Assembly: GCA_964540105.1 (NCBI GenBank)
Contig: CAZILL010000001.1
Location: 1,034,063-1,098,062 of the forward strand
Direction: 5' to 3'
DNA length: 64,000 nt
Source of the DNA: an uncultured Ignavibacteriales bacterium
GTDB taxonomy: Bacteria > Zixibacteria > MSB-5A5 > GN15 > FEB-12
The notes under the pieces were generated by a model. The model searched no databases and had not been told where the DNA came from. It saw only the letters and a program-made list of their open reading frames with translations. Each line of letters opens with the position of its first letter. Positions within the stretch are counted from its first letter, which is position 1. Below are positions 62,106-64,000 of this stretch, in pieces. The position numbers and the translations under genes are program-made.

Positions 62106-63208
62106 CCGCCGCTCCATTGGATTTCAAGGGTATCAAGCAGGACTTTGAACAGAGAATTGCCCAATTCAATCGACTGCGGGGGGTTGTTGAGAAGCTCGAG
62201 AAGAAGATCGAAGACGCGGACATCGCCGCCGTTGTCGCTCGCCGGACCGGCATCCCGCTTTCCAAGATGCTGACGGCCGAGAAAGATCGGCTGGTCAACA
62301 TGGAGTCGTTCCTGTCGGCCAAAATCATAGGTCAGGACAAAGCGATCAGCGCGATTGCCAATGCCGTCCGCAAAGCAAGAGCCGGACTGAAGATGCCGAA
62401 CCGACCCGTGGGGAGTTTCCTCTTCCTCGGTCCGACCGGTACCGGCAAGACGTATCTGCCGAAACTGCTCGCCGAATTCCTCTTCGACGATAAGAACGCG
62501 ATGGTACGCTTTGATATGTCCGAGTACATGGAAACCCATTCCGTCGCCAAGATGATCGGCGCTCCGCCCGGGTATGTCGGCTACGAAGCCGGGGGCATGC
62601 TGACCGAGGCCGTGCGCAAGAAGCCGTTCTCGATTGTCCTGTTCGACGAGGTCGAAAAGGCGCACCCCGACGTCTTCAATATACTGTTGCAGTTGCTTGA
62701 TGACGGCCGTCTTACGGACGGTCAGGGACGCACCGTCGATTTTTCCAACTGTCTGGTCGTCCTCACCTCGAATTATGCCGCCGACAAAATTCTCGACGCC
62801 GACCGTGAGGGGCGCGACCTCGACATGGATGAGGTTCGGGCGTTCCTCTTCACCAAGTTCCGCCCGGAACTGCTGAACCGTCTGAACGACATCATTATTT
62901 ATCACTCATTCAAGATGGAACAGATCGAGGTTATCGCCGGACTGGAATTCGATTCTCTGGTGAAACTGCTGAAAGATCAGAACATCAACGCCACCCTGAG
63001 CACCGAAGCGCGCAAGAAACTCGCCCGCGATGGCTACACGTTCGAACTGGGGGCGCGCCCCATTCAACGCATCATCGAGAAGGAGGTCATCAACAAGCTC
63101 TCGGTCGATATCATCACGGGAACTGTTGAACCGGGTGATCACGTTATGGTTGATATCGTAAACGACGCGTACGTGTTCACAAAGAAACCGAAAACGACCA
63201 TCGAGTAG
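62102..63208 (+). CDS. clpV: ClpV/ClpB-type AAA+ ATPase, C-terminal half (rest of middle domain, D2 ring, C-terminal domain)
   Basis: IAAVVARRTGIPLSKM and IIGQDKAISAIANAVRKARAGL are present. D2 Walker A is FLGPTGTGKTYL and Walker B is IVLFDEVEKAHPDVFN; sensor-2 is GARPIQR. The ATG overlaps the upstream stop as ATGA, and AAGGAGG ends 7 nt upstream of it. Confidence 0.85.
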   Translation: MTAAPLDFKGIKQDFEQRIAQFNRLRGVVEKLEKKIEDADIAAVVARRTGIPLSKMLTAEKDRLVNMESFLSAKIIGQDKAISAIANAVRKARAGLKMPNRPVGSFLFLGPTGTGKTYLPKLLAEFLFDDKNAMVRFDMSEYMETHSVAKMIGAPPGYVGYEAGGMLTEAVRKKPFSIVLFDEVEKAHPDVFNILLQLLDDGRLTDGQGRTVDFSNCLVVLTSNYAADKILDADREGRDLDMDEVRAFLFTKFRPELLNRLNDIIIYHSFKMEQIEVIAGLEFDSLVKLLKDQNINATLSTEARKKLARDGYTFELGARPIQRIIEKEVINKLSVDIITGTVEPGDHVMVDIVNDAYVFTKKPKTTIE

Positions 63209-63228
63209 ACATAAAACCGGAGGTAAGT

Positions 63229-63669
63229 ATGGGAAAATTTATGCTCGGCGCCTCGGAACGAATCCAGAAGGATGATTCAATACCCGTTGAACTCCTTCCC
63301 TCGAACAAGATCTTGTACGCCGCAAAACTCAACAGTGATCAGGACGCCGATGTCACTCCGACACGGTGCAACAACCTCAAAGACGTGTTTGAGAAATTCC
63401 GCCCAGAGTTTTCCGTAGAAATGGAAAATACGCAGGGGGAACAGGTGAACGCATCATTCGAAATTCGCGCAATGAAGGATTTCACCTCGAAAGAACTGAT
63501 CGAAAAGAACGACCATCTGTCCAAGACCTATTATGGCAAATCGATGATGGACGATCTCGAGACCCAGTTGAAGAAGAACAACGCTCTGAAGAAAACGCTT
63601 GAAGACAAGCAGAAGAAAGAAGCTCTCCTAAAGGTCGCCAAGTACTATATCGACCTGCTGAGCGAATAA
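63229..63669 (+). CDS. tssB: T6SS contractile sheath small subunit-like protein (TssB/VipA-like)
   Basis: It is 146 aa with GGAGGT 6 nt upstream. By-eye resemblances to VipA blocks are VELLPSNKILYAAKL (cf. ELPLKTLVVGDF), NLKDVFEKFRPEFSVEMEN and FEIRAMKDFTSKELIEKNDHL (cf. LNFKSLADFAPDAV). It lies between clpV and a probable tssC. Confidence 0.6.
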   Translation: MGKFMLGASERIQKDDSIPVELLPSNKILYAAKLNSDQDADVTPTRCNNLKDVFEKFRPEFSVEMENTQGEQVNASFEIRAMKDFTSKELIEKNDHLSKTYYGKSMMDDLETQLKKNNALKKTLEDKQKKEALLKVAKYYIDLLSE

Positions 63670-63688
63670 GGGAAAGAGGTGAATGATC

Positions 63689-64000
63689 ATGGGTGAAGAA
63701 GAAAAAAGAGAGCTTCAGCCTCAGGCCGCGCAGGCCATGGAGGCACAGCGCGAAAAGCCGGCTGCCGAAAAGATATCTGACAAGGATTTTGCTTCTCTGA
63801 TTGGTGACTCCTTTGGCGACTTCAGCAAACTGGCGGCGTTGTTGCCGTCATTCAAGACCGCCGACGGCGATCTGGTCCGCGGCGTCGAGTGGCTCGACCC
63901 GAAGAAAGACTTCCAGCGCAAGGAGTTCCTGACCAAGAAAGAGTTCGCCAAGCAGCGCGCCTTGCTGGCCGAACGCCTGAAAATCTGGACCGAGCATTTG
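63689..64000 (+). CDS. Probable T6SS sheath large subunit (TssC/VipB-like), N-terminal 104 aa; runs off the right edge
   Basis: Absent from the ORF track because it has no in-window stop. It reads MGEEEKRELQPQAAQAMEAQ...KKEFAKQRALLAERLKIWTEHL, with GAGGTG 7 nt upstream of the ATG. The call rests on its position right after the tssB-like gene. I recognised no diagnostic motif in the part visible. Confidence 0.4.
   Translation, partial: MGEEEKRELQPQAAQAMEAQREKPAAEKISDKDFASLIGDSFGDFSKLAALLPSFKTADGDLVRGVEWLDPKKDFQRKEFLTKKEFAKQRALLAERLKIWTEHL

Noticed and set aside
60648-63208. The possibility that the split AAA+ gene is housekeeping ClpB rather than T6SS ClpV.
   Set aside because: I did not fully reject this. 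Sequence alone (Clp_N, two AAA rings, a short middle domain) does not discriminate by eye. I kept the ClpV label because the genes sit directly between a PAAR cargo island and tssB-like/tssC-like genes. Phylogeny and a search for another clpB in the genome would settle it.
1-64000. A search by eye for CRISPR arrays, tRNA/rRNA genes, IS elements, integrases, restriction-modification genes and toxin-antitoxin pairs.
   Set aside because: I noticed no regularly spaced repeat-spacer arrays, no cloverleaf-like or rRNA-like stretches in the intergenic regions, and no transposase, integrase, methyltransferase or nuclease motifs in any ORF. A proper tRNAscan/Infernal/ISfinder run would be needed to make this negative result firm.

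Overview
This 64-kb window is a moderately GC-rich bacterial chromosome. Reading by eye, I found no rRNA, tRNA, CRISPR array, transposase or integrase. The gene content (FG-GAP, FISUMP and dockerin-like secreted proteins) suggests an uncultivated FCB-superphylum-like organism, but that is inference only.

Gene order, left to right:
1. A radical-SAM/SPASM pair preceded by an unannotated 30-aa Cys-containing ORF. This is a candidate RiPP cluster and is cut by the left edge.
2. DUF72, a truncated beta-helix gene stub and aqpZ.
3. Secreted or surface proteins: a 1370-aa FG-GAP protein, a FISUMP lipoprotein, an M28 peptidase and an 834-aa unknown. Three of them end in the same 72-aa, four-Cys dockerin-like module.
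4. An SRPBCC protein, an RND pump (adaptor plus permease, with no outer-membrane factor in the window) and a DAACS symporter.
5. A roughly 19-kb Wzx/Wzy-type glycan locus. It carries a complete pseudaminic acid pathway (pseB, C, H, G, I and an F-like gene) plus an amidotransferase/HisH-like/HisF-like trio.
6. Housekeeping genes carAB and typA.
7. From about 51.9 kb to the right edge, a type VI secretion-like region. It holds a PAAR protein with a long C-terminal extension, two leaderless HExxH proteins (one fused to an interrupted OmpA-like peptidoglycan-binding domain), a BamB-like lipoprotein and a DUF1795 (Eag-chaperone family) protein. It also holds a paralogue of the PAAR extension, a ClpV-like AAA+ ATPase split into two coupled ORFs, a TssB-like gene and the start of a probable TssC.

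The PAAR cargo island, the split ClpV and the RiPP candidate are the most interesting parts. All functional calls rest on motifs and family resemblance read directly from the translations. No database search was run.
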